From assembly GCA_040285855.1 (NCBI GenBank), contig JAUFOQ010000004.1:2604001-2668000 (forward strand): a DNA stretch of 64,000 nucleotides, given 5' to 3'. This document shows, one piece after another, positions 23,901-37,899 of the stretch. The notes beneath the pieces were generated by a model. That model saw only the letters and a program-made list of their open reading frames with translations, searched no databases and had not been told where the DNA came from. This stretch comes from Eukaryota sp. GEM-RC1. Lineage: Eukaryota. Made by a program: the position numbers and the translations under genes. Within the stretch, counting starts at the first letter, position 1, and each line of letters begins with the position of its first letter.

Positions 23901-26900
23901 AGTTTCCTTTGCGAGTGCGCCTAAAGCAGTAACTAAAGAGGTTTTACCAGCACCTGGGGGACCCTCTACTAGAATTGGCCTAGCCACAGTAAGTGCTCGC
24001 ACAATTCTAAGGGAGTTAAGATATGGAGTGGGGGCATCAAGAATGAAGCGGGAAGATGAAGAGCTGGAGGTGCCATAAGTAAGAGGGAACGGCCCAAAGT
24101 AGATAGAATCTTCAGTTTCATTGAACAGGATGTTTGAAAGAGAAGACGTAAAGGTGTCAAGAATTGATGACGGAGCATTCAGGCAGGTGATTAGTGATTG
24201 TGACAGAAAAAGCAAGAGGTCACGTGATAGATTTTGATAGGTCAAGGGGTCCATTGAACCTCTGATTGAAAGTCCATCAATAATAGCTAAACAGGCTCCG
24301 TGAAGAACACATTGATCTACAGGAATTATTTGAGAATTTTTAATAATGAAATCAACCCACGCTAACAAATCTCGAAGTGAAAGAGTAATTGATGTGGAAG
24401 AAGAAAAATGAGAAAAGAAATCAACAATTACTTGAGTAACTCTGATCGCATTATCCCCCAAACACTCCAATTTTGATTGAATAATCAATCTCACGTCATC
24501 AATATCGTCAACTTCCGGTATCCAAATCTCAGTGAATCGATTTCTTAGAGCAGGAGACAATTCTTTTTTACCATAATCCCCACTAGGATTCATTGTAGCA
24601 ATAATTCTGAAATCCTCATGAGCTTCAATCAATCTACTCACGTCATCTTTTTCATCAGTATAAGAAACAGTAAGACTTCTTTCCGTTTCTAAAACTGAAT
24701 TCAACCGCTCCAGTACAGCATCATCAGCAAGAGAAATCTCATCCAACAGAATATGTTCACCATCAATCATTGCTTTAACCAATGGACCATCTTCATACTT
24801 AAACAGACGCTTTTGAGAAGGATCTGGTTTGAGAGTTCCTAACAGATCCACTACATCAGTGTGTTGATGAATGGACACGTGGATAAGTGAGGAATTAAAA
24901 TATTTGGCGACAAAATCAGCAGCGGTTGTTTTTCCTATTCCAGTTCCACCAATGATCAATACTGGTTCCTTATTAGCAAAAGCCAAGAGAATAAGCAGAA
25001 GCATTCTTTTCATAGTTTTGGTGAGAACTAAACCACAGTCCAAGGCAGCCTGTTTAAGATCATCAGTGAGGAACTTATCTTCCATTGCATGGATATACTT
25101 GTTGTCTATCTTCGCGCCTTTGTAATTATTCAAGACTAGGTCAATATGATCACGGTCAGATTCATCACGACACTTTTCCTTTAACAAACAGCGACCATGG
25201 TAGACAAGGTCCTCATAACTAGCAGGTCCTCTTCCTGCCCATCTAAAGAGATCACGTAACGTCACCAGACCAGACTTTCCTTGAAAAACATTACTTTTAG
25301 ATCTTCGTCGATGTAGTGCTTGCATCACATTAACTAGATACTCAGCATATTTTGGAGGCAAGGGAACAGAAACTCGAAGACAGAGAATACTTTCCAACTC
25401 CTTGGCTGGTAGTACAGGGAAGGACAACTCAATAAATCTGGACCTAAAAGCTCTGGAAAGAGTCTTCCTACCCCCGTATAACCCCGGGGGATTCTGAGTT
25501 CCAAATAGCCTAAAGCTTGGTAAAGGTTTGATCACTTCGTTAGTCTCTGGTACATAAAGTTCTTTGTTATCATCCAAAAGTCTGTTGAGAGCTTCTAGGA
25601 CTTCACTAGGAGCAAGGTTCAACTCATCTAGTATTAACCAAGAGCCTTTACGAAGTGCAGAGACTAGCAAACCATCGTTAAAGAAGAACTCACTTCCAGA
25701 TTCAGTAGTACAGTAAGTCCCAATGTATTCAGAGAGATCTGTATGCAAGTGATTATTGACCCTGCTGACGTGATTGCCAGTCAGTTTTGCAAGATGATAA
25801 ATCAATGAAGTCTTTCCAACCGAAGTCTCTCCTTGAAGTAAAGCATATTCCCCAATAGAGATAACACGGGCAAGATTAAGAAGGTTTTGCCACACAGTGT
25901 CTGTCAGAATATAATCAGAAGGATTCTCACAAGGAAGTGGACCTTTGGGCAGCTTGAATCCACCAATCACGACACACTTGTCTCTGACCTCTACTAAACG
26001 AGATCCAGAAGGGCGCTTTCTTTTAAAATATTCAGAAACAACTCGTTCTAATTCGAGTTTACTTTTGTCTGATAACATTCCGCCAAAACTAAACCGGAAG
26101 CCATCATAAAGACCTTCTTCAACTAGACTCGCAACAGAAGCTGATTTGTCTGAATTGGATACAAAATAAATGCAATATCTTAATACTCTAATGAGAGACC
26201 GTAAAGTAAACAGAGGTTTGTTATCAGTAGAGTCAACCAAAATCAATTTCTGACCCATAGTTCTGAGCTTTTGGTAACACTGAACAATCTTCTCAACATT
26301 GGCAACTTCAGAAAGATGTTTCAAACTCCTCGTGACAATGGGGATCAAATCAAATGATTGTTCGAGCTCAGGGACAGTGATTGGTATGAACTTTTCTGAA
26401 ACAATTGGAGGTAATGGCCTCTTTCCAGTATCAGTAGCTGGATTGATTGCAGCAAACAGTCTAAAATCACGATGTTTCTTGATTCTATCGGGTCCACCCA
26501 AGTCAGTCAATGACACGTCATCAGTCCTGTCATCACACAAAACACTGATTAGTCGTTGAAGTACATCAGCTGGTGCTAGATTGGCCTCGTCCAACAAGAC
26601 CCAATTGCCAGCTTTACAAGCTTCAATCAAAGAGCTCTCGACAAACATGAATGATAGCAAAGCAGAAGAGTTGGGGGAGGAGAGGATGGAAGAAACTCTT
26701 AGTAGCTGAGCTTTGAGATCAATCCAAGCAGTAAACAATACAGTATCAGTTGAATCAGATGACGTCAACCTGGGCTTTTTTTGATGGGGGTTGATTGGAT
26801 GACGATAACTTTGATACAGCAAGTTCAGTGACTTGAAGTGATTTTGAAATTAAAAGTTTTAAATTTGGGGATTTTGAAGACAGACTTTGGGTAAAATCAT

Positions 26901-28151
26901 CTAGCCATGGCTTGTTCTTAGTACAAGAAAATGTTCTTTTAAATAATTCCAAAAATTTTGACGTAATAGGAGCAATCGTCGAAAGTGGATTTGACGGTCG
27001 CAATGAGCCCATTAAATCACTAGACTCAGTTTGATTTGAGAGATTAAAAACCGTGAGTGACTTTCCACATAAAGACGCCAAATGTTGTACAATAAACGTC
27101 TTTCCTACACCTGCTTCTCCAATTAAAAGAACAGGATTTCGATGGTAAACACAACCAGCCAGATACTCAATAACACCTAGACTGGAAGGAGCTTCGACAA
27201 AAGACGAGTTTTGATAGTAAACGTTACCTTCAAGTGAAGAATTGATTGGAACCGCGCCGATACTTAACTCATCTTCAAAAACTCCAGAAAATTTAATAAT
27301 TGGGGTCCCAACTGTTCTGTCAACGAGACCCTCATTACTAATAGAGAGACTAGATAGAGCAACAGTAAGAGATTGTTTCCTGAGGGATTGGGAAAGAACA
27401 TTGGTAGGAGCAACTGAAAAGAAAAGAACAGGCAAAAGACAAAGATCAATGTGCTTGAGAAGAGATTCAACAAATGACTCTGTGACGATGGTTTTGGATA
27501 GATGAAGGGAACTCAGACGATTTAAAAGATAACAAAACCTCTAATAACTTGAGCAAAAGTAGGAGGTTTAGGAGGTTTGAGATTGGAGATAAGGAAAGAG
27601 TAGATATCTTGAGCTATTTTGCAAAGAGTGGGAGATATCGAGGAGAGATGAGGGACTATAAGAGATGCTATTTTGGGTAGATCTGAAGAGAGATCAAGCG
27701 GGGGTAGTGTTAGAGAAGCAAACTTTTGATGGAAGGAAGGAAACCTAGGAGGGACTCGGGCAGTGGCTATAATGAAGCTGTTTGAAGAGTAGGAAGGATC
27801 AGACAGAAGAGCGTTGACAGCGGCAAGGGTGTCCGTTGATGCAGAATCAAGGTCTTCAATCAAGATCCAGTCACTATTTAGAAGAGCTGTAGCTAATGCT
27901 GAATGCTTGAAGGCAAATACTCCTGGAGTAGATGTGGAGGTAAAAAACCCTGCTACTTCATTTGGATCAGTTGCAGACAATGATACTGTGACTAAGGTTT
28001 TATTAAATGATGATGCCAAGGAGTGTGCAAAGAAGGATTTTCCACAACCTGGAGGTCCTTGCAAAAGACAATTAACATTAAGTTTGGCCAGAGTGGACAA
28101 ACAGACCCATATTCGTTCTCTTTGTGGAGAAAGAACAATGGAAGTCTCCAT
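14907..28151 (-). CDS. MDN1: Midasin (Rea1), AAA+ ribosome-biogenesis ATPase, about 4400 aa, split by several frameshifts
   Basis: Six Walker A-type motifs (GPPGCGKS, GEAGVGKT, GETSVGKT, GGTGIGKT, GPPGAGKT, GPLGSGRS), long linker, D/E-rich region, C-terminal MIDAS (LEPTLAAKLKGDFKSGKRLNMKK, DDSKSM, LSDGR). Confidence 0.95.
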
Positions 28152-28206
28152 GTTCTGTTCAGGAAGTGAGTCAAAGATTGTTGACTTTGATTCGACCACA
28201 CTGAAG

Positions 28207-30400
28207 ATGTCCGCCCTACATCATCTTCAACAACTCCAAAGGACTAATCCTTCACTGGATTCACTGGATCTCTCAGGACATGCTATCTCTGAGATCGACT
28301 CCCTCCTGTCTGTTTTGTCTTGGTTCCCTAGACTTAAGACCCTGGATTTGTCGCAAAACAATATCTCATCCCTACCTTCTGACATGTCTAGCTTATTATC
28401 ACTCCGAACATTGGATTTAAGCCACAATCCCATTTCTGTCGTTGATAACATCATTACCGGCTTAGAATCTCTCCGCCGTCTCCGCCACCTCTTCATTACT
28501 CTTCCCACTGAAGAAATGGAAGATGAAGTTATCGTATCCCTGATTCGCCTCAGAACCTTCAACAATGTACAGCTCCCTGAAGCCGAGGAATCATCAGACG
28601 AGGAAGAACAAGGCCACTCTCTATTTCCAGAAGTCACGTCATCTCACTCCCCACCTTCTCCTCAAGCAATCACTCCCCCAGAGAGACCTGTTCCTGGATC
28701 CCCTCTTCAGTCACCACCCCCTCTCCCCCTCAATCTCCCCCCTCTTATGAACGACTATGAGCTACCTATGCTGGCTGATCATTTCGCTAAGGTCTGTCGT
28801 CTTCCTGGTGCTGAGAATAGTCCTGCTTGTAGTGATTCTGTGTTTGAAGAGCATTGTAGTGCGGTGTTTAAGAAACACGCATCAGATGCCGGGAAAACTA
28901 ATAACGTCGCTTCTCTTGATGCTCTCTTTGAATTAAGCAAGTTTGATCTCTTCTCGATTCTCTGTGATCCTTTACTTCACTCACTTTCTGAAGTTCATCC
29001 ATCCACAGTCAATCATCTTCAACTGATTTTTGATCGAATGAAGAACTCTATTGACTCTGCAAGAAACGTCATGACCACCGTCATTCCTGATCTCTATTCT
29101 GAACTCAATGACGCGAGAGATTCCGTAAAGCAAGCTGAACGTGAGACCTCAGACCTGCTCCACGCTGCTGAATTACTTGAAGAAGAGGCTAAAACTCACT
29201 CAAAAGAGCGGCAAATGGTTGCCTCCCAGTTTGAGAAAGAGAGATGGCAGTTGAGAGAAGAAATTGGAATGTTAAAAATGGAGAATGAAAAGTTAAAGAT
29301 TAGAGTTCGTCAATTAAGTACTTCTAGAACTCACAACTTTTACAAGGACAAGGAATCCAAACCTGAACCTAGAGCTGAAACGTCATCAATCAAACACAGC
29401 AACTCTTCCGACAAGGGAGCTGAGGACCTATCTAATGCTAGATCTGTGTTACACTGTTTGGCTTCCGAGAGTCAGATTCCTAAGAAGTTAATGGGGACTA
29501 AGAGTAGGTCTCTTACTTTGGAAGCAAACATTGGAAACTATTGATGAGATTTGGGAGTCAAAGTCCAGAGCTGATAAGAGATGTTCTGCTGGGAATTTAC
29601 CATTGGAAACCTTGGCTGAGCATATCTTTACTTACCTCAACACTAAGTATGGACTGTCTACTTTGGTTATGGAGATGGCCGTCTCTATTTCTTCAGCAGT
29701 TCTTAGGTATAAAGACCAGGACAATGGTGTAGCTGTGTTTATGCATGCTTTGAGAGGGGAAATTGATGAAGAATTTAGGTTTGTGCAGGTTCAACTTAAG
29801 AAGACTGTGCTTGAACTACTCAAGGCTCAAATTAGAACTAAAAATCCCTATCTTTCTGAGAAGAATCTCTTAGCTAAAGCTACTAAGAAGACTTCTTCTT
29901 TTCTTTCTGAAGAGGAATGGGTGGATGTCGTGTCCTATCTGTATGGACATGACGATGCTGTTAGTGTTACCATGAAAATCAAAATGGAGATTCAAAAGAG
30001 CATTCCAAATCCAAAGCCCTTGTCCCCAGCTTCAAAACTTCGTCTTTCACAGCTTCAGGCGAGTGGAAAGCATGTTTCTGAGGACGTGAGATTGTCGCTT
30101 AATCCATCAGAAGCTAACAAAATATTGTTCAAGGACTTTTTAAAAGTTTTGCTGTATTTTCAACTTGATGGTCATGTTAAGTTTTTGTCTAATTTTGTAT
30201 CAATGTTTAGACAATGTGATTCTAATGCTGACGGTGCAGTGGATGAAGCCGAGTTTTCTAAATTATTGAAACTTTTGGATCAAAATAGAACTGAAATTGA
30301 TGTTATGAATGCAATCAATCAGTTTGATCCCAATGGAATAGGAAGGTACACGTTCAGTCAGTGTGTGTTAGCGTTAAGTAATGATTTGTTGAAAAAATAG
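28207..30400 (+). CDS. Leucine-rich-repeat / coiled-coil / EF-hand protein (frameshift near 29520)
   Basis: LDLSGH, LKTLDLSQNNI and LRTLDLSHNPI repeats, Pro-rich linker, coiled coil, EF-hand loops DSNADGAVDEAEF and DPNGIGRYTFSQ. Confidence 0.8.
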
Positions 30401-30868
30401 TGTATAATATAATAAATCTTGTATTAATGTTTAATCTTTTTTTCGCTCACAGTATACACAGTCAGTTTACGAGTCCCGTTCTCATAAACATGAACTATCT
30501 TTATTAACACAAAAAGGTGTTGGCTTTTTACCACACTTTACAGGTAATTTGGTCTGTGTTGATTGAAAACACTATATGTAGAATTGATATGTGTACTCTA
30601 GTTGCATACCTTTTACACAAGATTGAAGATTCACCTGTTTAGACTTTGGAAATTGAAATTTTCTGTCGAAAGTCTAAGATTTAAGCTCTCAGTTGACTTC
30701 TTGTTTGGGTTTCCAATAGAGAGTCTCCAATAATGTATTTCACAGGTCGATGCGACATCGATCGACGGTGTGCATGTTGTGTATGATACTACTAGTACTA
30801 TATATACATTAAATGTTAAATAAACAACTTTAACTAGCTAAACTTACTAAAACTAAAAACAATCTAAA

Positions 30869-32356
30869 TTAATACGACCTTGCACAATATCCATAATACT
30901 TTGCAGGTTTACCAGTAACCACACAGACACAATCAACAGGAACTTCTTCAGTTGGGTCATAACCACGGACTTCCGCTCCACAAAACTCATGAATGGTACG
31001 GTCAGCTTCTTTACCATCAACATCCATAGAATGGAAAGGAATTCTAGCAATACACTTGTTGTCAATAGCTTCCTTAATCTCTTCCATCGAGTTGCAGTCA
31101 ACAATTCGCTCAGTAAAGAAAGACTTTCCTGATTCTGCCAATCGGTTTCTCATTGATTCCAACTCTTGCTGTATCGTTTCCACTAGAGTTTCCTTTTGAA
31201 TTTGATTCTTCTCACCTGTATCTCTCCTAACAAGTCTAGCTTCACCAGCAGCAACATCACGAGGACCAATCTCCATCCTTAAAGGAACACCCTTCATCTC
31301 CCAATAATAGAACTTCTCACCAGGTTTCTTTGATGAACAATCAGTGGTAACTCGGATTCCAGCGGCCTTTAGAATTTGAGCAAACTCAGCTACAGCCTCT
31401 AGAACTGGAGTTGGATCTTTCTTTCCCATGATGATGGGAACAATAACTACTTCAAACCGAGCAATCTTTGGGGGGAGAACTAAACCCTTGACGTCACCAT
31501 GAATACCTAGGACAGAAGCCAAAACACGTGTGGACACACCAAAACACGTAATATAGGGCATGTGAGGTTGATTGTCCTCACCTTGATACTCAACGTTAAA
31601 GACTTGGGAGAACTTCTGGCCAAGGTAGTGAGCTCCAACAATCTGAAGAACTCTACCACAGGGCATTAAGGCATCCATAACATCAGTATGGTCAGCTCCA
31701 GCAAACTTATCCCATTCAGGACGACGGATGCGGAGACCAAACACTCCTAGATCATGAGAGATGACCTGAACGTAGCTAGCCCAGACATCGTTGAGCATTT
31801 GTAGAGCTTCTTCAGCAGTGGCATGGGCAGTGTGAGCTTCGTTCCAGAAGACTTCTCGTGTACGGATGAGAGGCTTTGTGTCTTTAGTCTCACAGCGGAA
31901 CACAGAGCAGGACTGGTGGACTTTAACAGGGAGATCACGGAAGGAGCGAATCCATAGGGAGAACATGTGGTAGATGCATGTTTCAGAGGTGGGGCGTAGA
32001 GCCAGTCTGGTCTCTAAAACGTCCTTGCCTCCTTTTGTAACCCAAAAGACTTCATCCTCGAAACCCTTGATGTGGTCTCCTTCTTTAGTCAAGAAATCTT
32101 CGGGAATGAGCATAGGAAATTGGGTCTTTTCGATGTCGAGTTTGAGCCATTCATCCTCCATGAGACGCATGACAGCTTCATGCATGTACCATCCATAAGG
32201 TTTGAATGTATACATGCCTTTTACGGGATATCGTTTGTCAATAATGTCCGCCAGAAGACAGACATTGGTATACCAAGACGCAAAGTCAACACGAGGATCA
32301 ATGTTTAAAGTCTCATGAGCTTGAGGTGCTCTGCTTTGTTTTTGTTTTTTGTCCAT
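30869..32356 (-). CDS. proS: Prolyl-tRNA synthetase (eukaryote/archaeal type)
   Basis: LALRPTSET, FRCE...LIRTRE.FW.EAHT, HYLGQ.FS, GVSTR, anticodon-binding domain, C-terminal ARSY. Confidence 0.97.
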   Translation of the reverse strand: MDKKQKQSRAPQAHETLNIDPRVDFASWYTNVCLLADIIDKRYPVKGMYTFKPYGWYMHEAVMRLMEDEWLKLDIEKTQFPMLIPEDFLTKEGDHIKGFEDEVFWVTKGGKDVLETRLALRPTSETCIYHMFSLWIRSFRDLPVKVHQSCSVFRCETKDTKPLIRTREVFWNEAHTAHATAEEALQMLNDVWASYVQVISHDLGVFGLRIRRPEWDKFAGADHTDVMDALMPCGRVLQIVGAHYLGQKFSQVFNVEYQGEDNQPHMPYITCFGVSTRVLASVLGIHGDVKGLVLPPKIARFEVVIVPIIMGKKDPTPVLEAVAEFAQILKAAGIRVTTDCSSKKPGEKFYYWEMKGVPLRMEIGPRDVAAGEARLVRRDTGEKNQIQKETLVETIQQELESMRNRLAESGKSFFTERIVDCNSMEEIKEAIDNKCIARIPFHSMDVDGKEADRTIHEFCGAEVRGYDPTEEVPVDCVCVVTGKPAKYYGYCARSY

Positions 32357-32657
32357 GGTTGGGAAAGAATTGCACTGTGAATTTCACTTATTGATATGTG
32401 AATGTGCATTGTGGTCCTAATCATAGATGGGCAATACAGAATACGTACATGTTTTATGTGTATTTTGTATTCGTATTTGTATTAATTCAAGGCCCTTATT
32501 TGTATTTTTGTGGTGATATTAGTAATAGTACAGTATTTAGTTTTCAGCATTTGGTCTTATTCATTCTATTAGATAGAGTTAACTTTATTCAGTACCCAAT
32601 AAGGTAACGTTTTCCTACAAAACTATGAAATAGCAAAAACAAACAAACAAGTAATAC

Positions 32658-32777
32658 TGATGCCGGTTTAGGCTAGAATAAAAAAGGACGGTACCTTTAT
32701 AAGGAGAGAGAATAATCTAGGTAAATTAATGCTACAGTTCACTACTAGAACACGTGTCAACACTTGCTGTGCTAACA
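32658..32777 (-). repeat. 3' LTR
   Basis: tgatgc...cacttgctgtg, direct repeat of 37900-38016. Confidence 0.9.
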
Positions 32778-35700
32778 ATGCTCCTCTTTCTTGAAGCCTC
32801 TCATGGCACATAATGCTTTAAAGGTGGCGTTAAAAAACTCGGGTTCATTGTCTGAGTGGATCATGTCGGGTATGCCGAAGTTGGCGCACACCCAGTTGAT
32901 AAGACAGTATGCTGAGTTTGTAGCGGAGATTTTGTCTGAGGGACATAAGATGGTGTATCTCGTAAATGCGTCTACGAATACGAGCACGTACCTGTTTCCT
33001 AGGTTGTCAGTGGGCAAGGGTCCTATAGTGTCGGCGTGGATATTGCCGAACGGTTTCATTGCAAACAGGGATCCGGTTGATTGGGCTTTCGTCTTGGGGG
33101 CTGGAGCCGTCTTCTGACATGAGTGGCAACAGTCGATGTGATCATTTTTAAATCACTTTCTAGTGTTGGCCAAGAGTAGCAGCTGTTTTTGATTTCTTTG
33201 AGACATTGCCAGAAGGCTGGGTGACCACAGTGAGCATATCCGTGAAAGTACCACATTACCTCTTTTCTTAAAGATTCAGGCACAAGGATCTTGTTATCAG
33301 GGGTGACAAACATTTGAGTTTCAGCGTCCAGGAGCATCTGTCACTGGAGTCTTTTAGTTCTAGTTGCTGTTGGGTGCGCAGCGTGTCGAGCCAGGCTCTG
33401 TCTTGAGTTTCGACGGTTCTGACTGAGTAGGTGATTGAAGGTAAGGGGTCTTCTTCATGTTCATCGGAGCTTATGTCAATGACTTCTTTTTCTTCGCGGG
33501 CTTTCTCTATTTCTTCTTTGAACCATTCTGGAATGATTCTGATTGGTTTCTTAGGAGGCTGACCGGACCAGCGAAGTGCGAAGCATTCTGGGTGAAAGGG
33601 GTATCAGAGTCGGAGTCTTCTGATTCTTTTGAATCATAAGGTGATTCATCTGTGGATGAGTAGCATACGAGGGGACCTGTACCATCGTAAGATAGGAGTT
33701 TCTCGTGGGAGTTTTTAGTTTTTCTTTTCTTTAGTTTATCTTTGGCTTCTGTCAGCAACTGATCGGTTGTATATTTCTTGCAACTGTGGCAGACCAGTCG
33801 TTCTTGATATGTTGTTACTTGGTGGTGGCTGGCACATAGTTCCAGGTCGGTGGTTCCGTGGTTGCAATGGCCACATAGAATTTTCGATTCTGGTTCAATT
33901 ATTTTGATTTTGGCAGGAGGTTCTACTAGTTTCCTTAGTGAAGAGTTCTTCTTTTCTAGGCTTCTGATGAGACCTTTGTGCTTTACGAAGCGGAAGCATA
34001 GTTCCTTGATGTGGTCGTCTCTGCGTTCATTGTATTTCCGAGGGCGTGCTTTGTCTAGCTGGAAGATGCCACAGTAGTCTTTGATAGGCGTGTCTTCTTT
34101 CAGATACAAGTGAAGCAGGGCTCTGCGTTCGTCATCGTTATAGACTTCATGGGATTCTAGTTTGTTGAGGCAGTTTCTGCATGCGAAGTATGGGCCTTCA
34201 CAGGGCATGTGGTCGGGCATGGTTAAGTAGGGCATGCGTTCTCCACACTTGGGACATTCGGTTTTTGTTGGGGTTTCGTCAAAGTAGTATTCAGTGTCGT
34301 AGTGTTCTACTGAAAATAAGCTAAAGTATGTTGAAGTTTCAGGTAATTCTGATTCTAAACTGGGGTTAGCGGGCGTGAGACGGGAAAAGAGGTCGGCGAA
34401 TACGTTGTTTGGACCTTCGACGTGGATGATTTCGAAAGAGAAGTTGGACAGTAGAGGAATCCAGCGGGTTACGATACGATTGCGTTCTGGCTGGTCGATT
34501 AAGTAGACGATGTTTTTGTGGTCACAGAAGATCGTTAGTTGTCGTGTCATTAAGAAGTTGGCCATGGCGGGTTGGTTTCAGAGTACAGATTATGACAAAA
34601 AGTTCCTTCTGGATTATTGGCCAGTTCATTTGGCTATCCGTCAAGGTCTTTGAGAAGAAACTGATTGGTTCCAATTTTTGTTATTCTAACGGAGAGGTCG
34701 TAGGAGTCTAGTCGAGCTTCTTCCAAACTACTCCGCTAATTGCTTTGTCAGAGGCGTCTGTTGAGATTACATTTTTGCATTTGCGTCGGGAAGAGCTAGA
34801 TCGCAGGCGTTACAAATTAGATTCTTAATGGTTAGGAAGCTGTTCGTGTGTGAGCTTGTCCATTTGGATTTAACTGATCGGCGATCTGACTCGTCTTTTT
34901 TGGTTAGGGCCGTTAAATGTTGAAGGCAGTTCGACAAGTGAGGTATCCAGTCTCGGATAAAATTAATAGAGCCGTTAAAGGAGCGCAGCTCGCCTATGAG
35001 GGAATAGGCAGCTTGATGATGGATTTGACCCTGTCTGGGTCTATAGACCTTTTCTTTTTATGGAAAATTGCCCCGAGGATTTTGATGACACTTGCTGAGG
35101 TTAGTAAGGCACATTTTCGGAGAGCGAAGCGGACTCTATGTTCGGCTGCTTTCGTTAGTATGGCGTCTAATGTGGAAAGCAGTTCTTCTTCTGTGCATGC
35201 AGCGATGATTACATCATCCATGTAAATGAAGACATTAGGCATGGAGAAGATGTCTTGCATCAGAGTTTTGGAAGAACGCTAGCACGTTCTTTAGTCCGAC
35301 GGCGGCTCTTTTGAAGAATATTGAGCGGCCTGCAATGCTTAGTGTGGTTTTCCGGTAATCTGCTTGGTCAAGGGGAACCTGACAGAATGCTTTCGGGAGG
35401 TCTAGTGTGCAGATGAAGTTGGCATTTGAGAGGAAGATAGATACGTCTGAGATCTTGGGTAGATGGGCTTCAATCGGTCTGGTAGAAGCGTTCACGCCTC
35501 CAGTTCCTGAGTAATCTCTTGTTAATCTGGGTTTTTTACCGTCTGGGTATATTACTAAGACGATTGGAGACGAAAATTTAGAATCAGTTGAGGTTTCTTC
35601 AGCAAACCCGTCTTCGATTAGGTCATCAAAGATTTCATTGGCAATTCTCAGTTTAGTAGGGTTTAGATTTCTTGGGGCTTTCTTGCAGGTTGTGTTCTCG

Positions 35701-37899
35701 TTGTAGAACGTAATTGTCATAGGCTTGCATTTTATGCCTTCGGGATGAGGTTTTCCGAACACATCTTTGTGTTTGTTTAGAATTTTCAGCAATTTCTTTT
35801 CGGTTTCTTCGGGCAGCTCGATTCTGCTTTCTGCTACGTCTAATGTTGCAGAAATTAGAGGAGGCCAACCATTAGGTGGTCCAGGGTAGCTTCGGCTACT
35901 GTGATCTTCGAGTGTTCTTTGTTCAGGTTGATCATCAGAGAATTTTCTTTTAGTAGGCCGAGGCTTGACAATAAGTCGCATCCGATTAGGAATTGGTTTA
36001 CTCCTGGTATGATTGGGATCTGGCATTTCAGGTGAGAATCCGGTCGAATTCGAAGCTCAGTATACAGTTGGCTGTTCCAGCAGACTGGATGTTTGTTCCA
36101 TTGGCTAGAGTGAATTTAAATGTACTAGCGACGATTTGGCATCCGGCTTTTTAGCGATATCTTCGGAGAAGCAGGAGGTTTCGCAGGCACTATCGATTAG
36201 TGCTTCAAAGGGAGTGTTGTTTACAAGGACTTTAAGAGATAAGAGTTTGGAGGGTTCTTGATTTGGTTTAACTTCGGTAGCTTTGGCAACTGCATTAACT
36301 TTGGAGTCACCATCCCGTTGTGGCGTATCTCTCACAGGTAGGAAAGGGTCGAAACCCGATCCTGTTATTGGGCTCAATTCCTTTACGGAAGAGCTTAATT
36401 CCTGCGGAACACTCACTGGGAGTGGATCATCCATTGTTTCTGCAGAGGCTTTGGGCATTGACATTTCTGGGTTTGTTAAAAGTAAAGTGTTTGGCAGAAA
36501 TTTTGGGAGTTCTAGCTCGAACTCTATGGGTTCGTCGTCTTAGATAGTGGTAGAGTGGAGACTTTCAGAGCATTGCTCTCTGGAAGTGACAAAATTCTTC
36601 TTAGAGCTTCTGGTTGATCTCTTAGCGTTGCCAAACGTGGCCTTTGGGAGCTTTGGATTTGTGTACGGTTTCTTGGATGGCGGAGCCGACGGATCATAGT
36701 GTTTCGATTTCTTACAGGACTTATTGAAGCAGTCTTCTATGACATGTCCGTCTTTCTTGCAGAAAGAGCAGCTTTTCCTTTCGCCGGCCGGTTCTTTATT
36801 TCGGGGGGTTGGAGTAAGGATGGGGGTTCTGGTTCCAAGGTATGGGTTGGTGTTTCTACCGTAGGCGTTAGGTTTTCTTCCAAAGTTCTGTGGCTTGTTC
36901 TGTTGCTTGTCCGACACGAGAGTGTTATTGATTTCCAGGGTTCTCGAAATTAAAGATTCTACATCTCGGATGAGGTTCAGTTTAAATTCATCTAGTATCT
37001 TGTGCTTCAGCGTGTCTGGCTTTAGTCCTAGAATAAAACTTTCGAGTAATGGTTTCGGTCGGTTGCTGTCGATGAATCTGCAACACCTATTTGCTGTTTT
37101 CTGAAATTCTTGGAGGTAGCGGGTTAGGGCTTCGTGGCCTGGAGCGTTCCTGGACAGGGAGCGTAGCAACAGGCGCACTTCGGAAGCGTCTTTTGCTTCA
37201 ATCTGTTTCAACAGGAACCTCCAAAGAGATTCTCGACTATTACAGGAATGGGGAGACATGATGCAGATAAGTGATAGAACATCAGGTAGAATGAAGCGGT
37301 GGAATCCTTCAGGTAAGGGAGGATTATCAAAAACGAGGGGCTATCCCAGTCATCAAGTTGATGAGGGGAGGAAGAGGATTGAGTGGTGTTGGAAGTTGAG
37401 CGGTTTAATTTGGACTTCATCTTCTGGGTGTCGTCGTCGAGGAAGGCAGGTACAGAAGTAGAGGAAGAGTAAAAGGAGGAGGAATTATTAGAAGTAGGTC
37501 CCGAGGGATTTGCGGAAACAGTGGCTTCTTTGGCAGCGGACCAGTAGGCAGCGAAAGTCTTCGGGTCGAAGCCTTCAGGACGAACTTCTCGGAGAGCGGC
37601 ATGTATCATAATTTCAACTGCGGAGAGGCGTTCGGCGACGGACTGAGCAGTGCTAGTGGTAGTGTTTCTTCTTCTTGGTTCAGTAAGAGGAAGGTTCTGG
37701 AAGGCTGGAGGTTCGGAGGCCTGTAAGAAGTGGGAAACTTCTTGAATAAAACAAACGACGGCGTTCGTAGACAACAAGGAGAGCTTCGGGGCTACGAAAC
37801 GGACTTGTTCAGCGAGGAGGGAGTTTGCTGGGAGTGAAGTATGAGGAGAGGACATACAGATTAGGTTCAGTGAGGCCTGGTGATGCGGCCATCAGCTAT

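Noticed and set aside
14907..28151. Programmed frameshifting, stop-codon reassignment or midasin pseudogenisation
   Set aside because: Breaks are frame changes rather than in-frame stops in an essential gene; genes end at TAA/TAG normally; the PP2A copies show a homopolymer error mode
27814..28206. Long antisense overlap between the LRR ORF and midasin
   Set aside because: The extension starts at TTG and mirrors midasin coding; the LRR protein plausibly starts at ATG 28207
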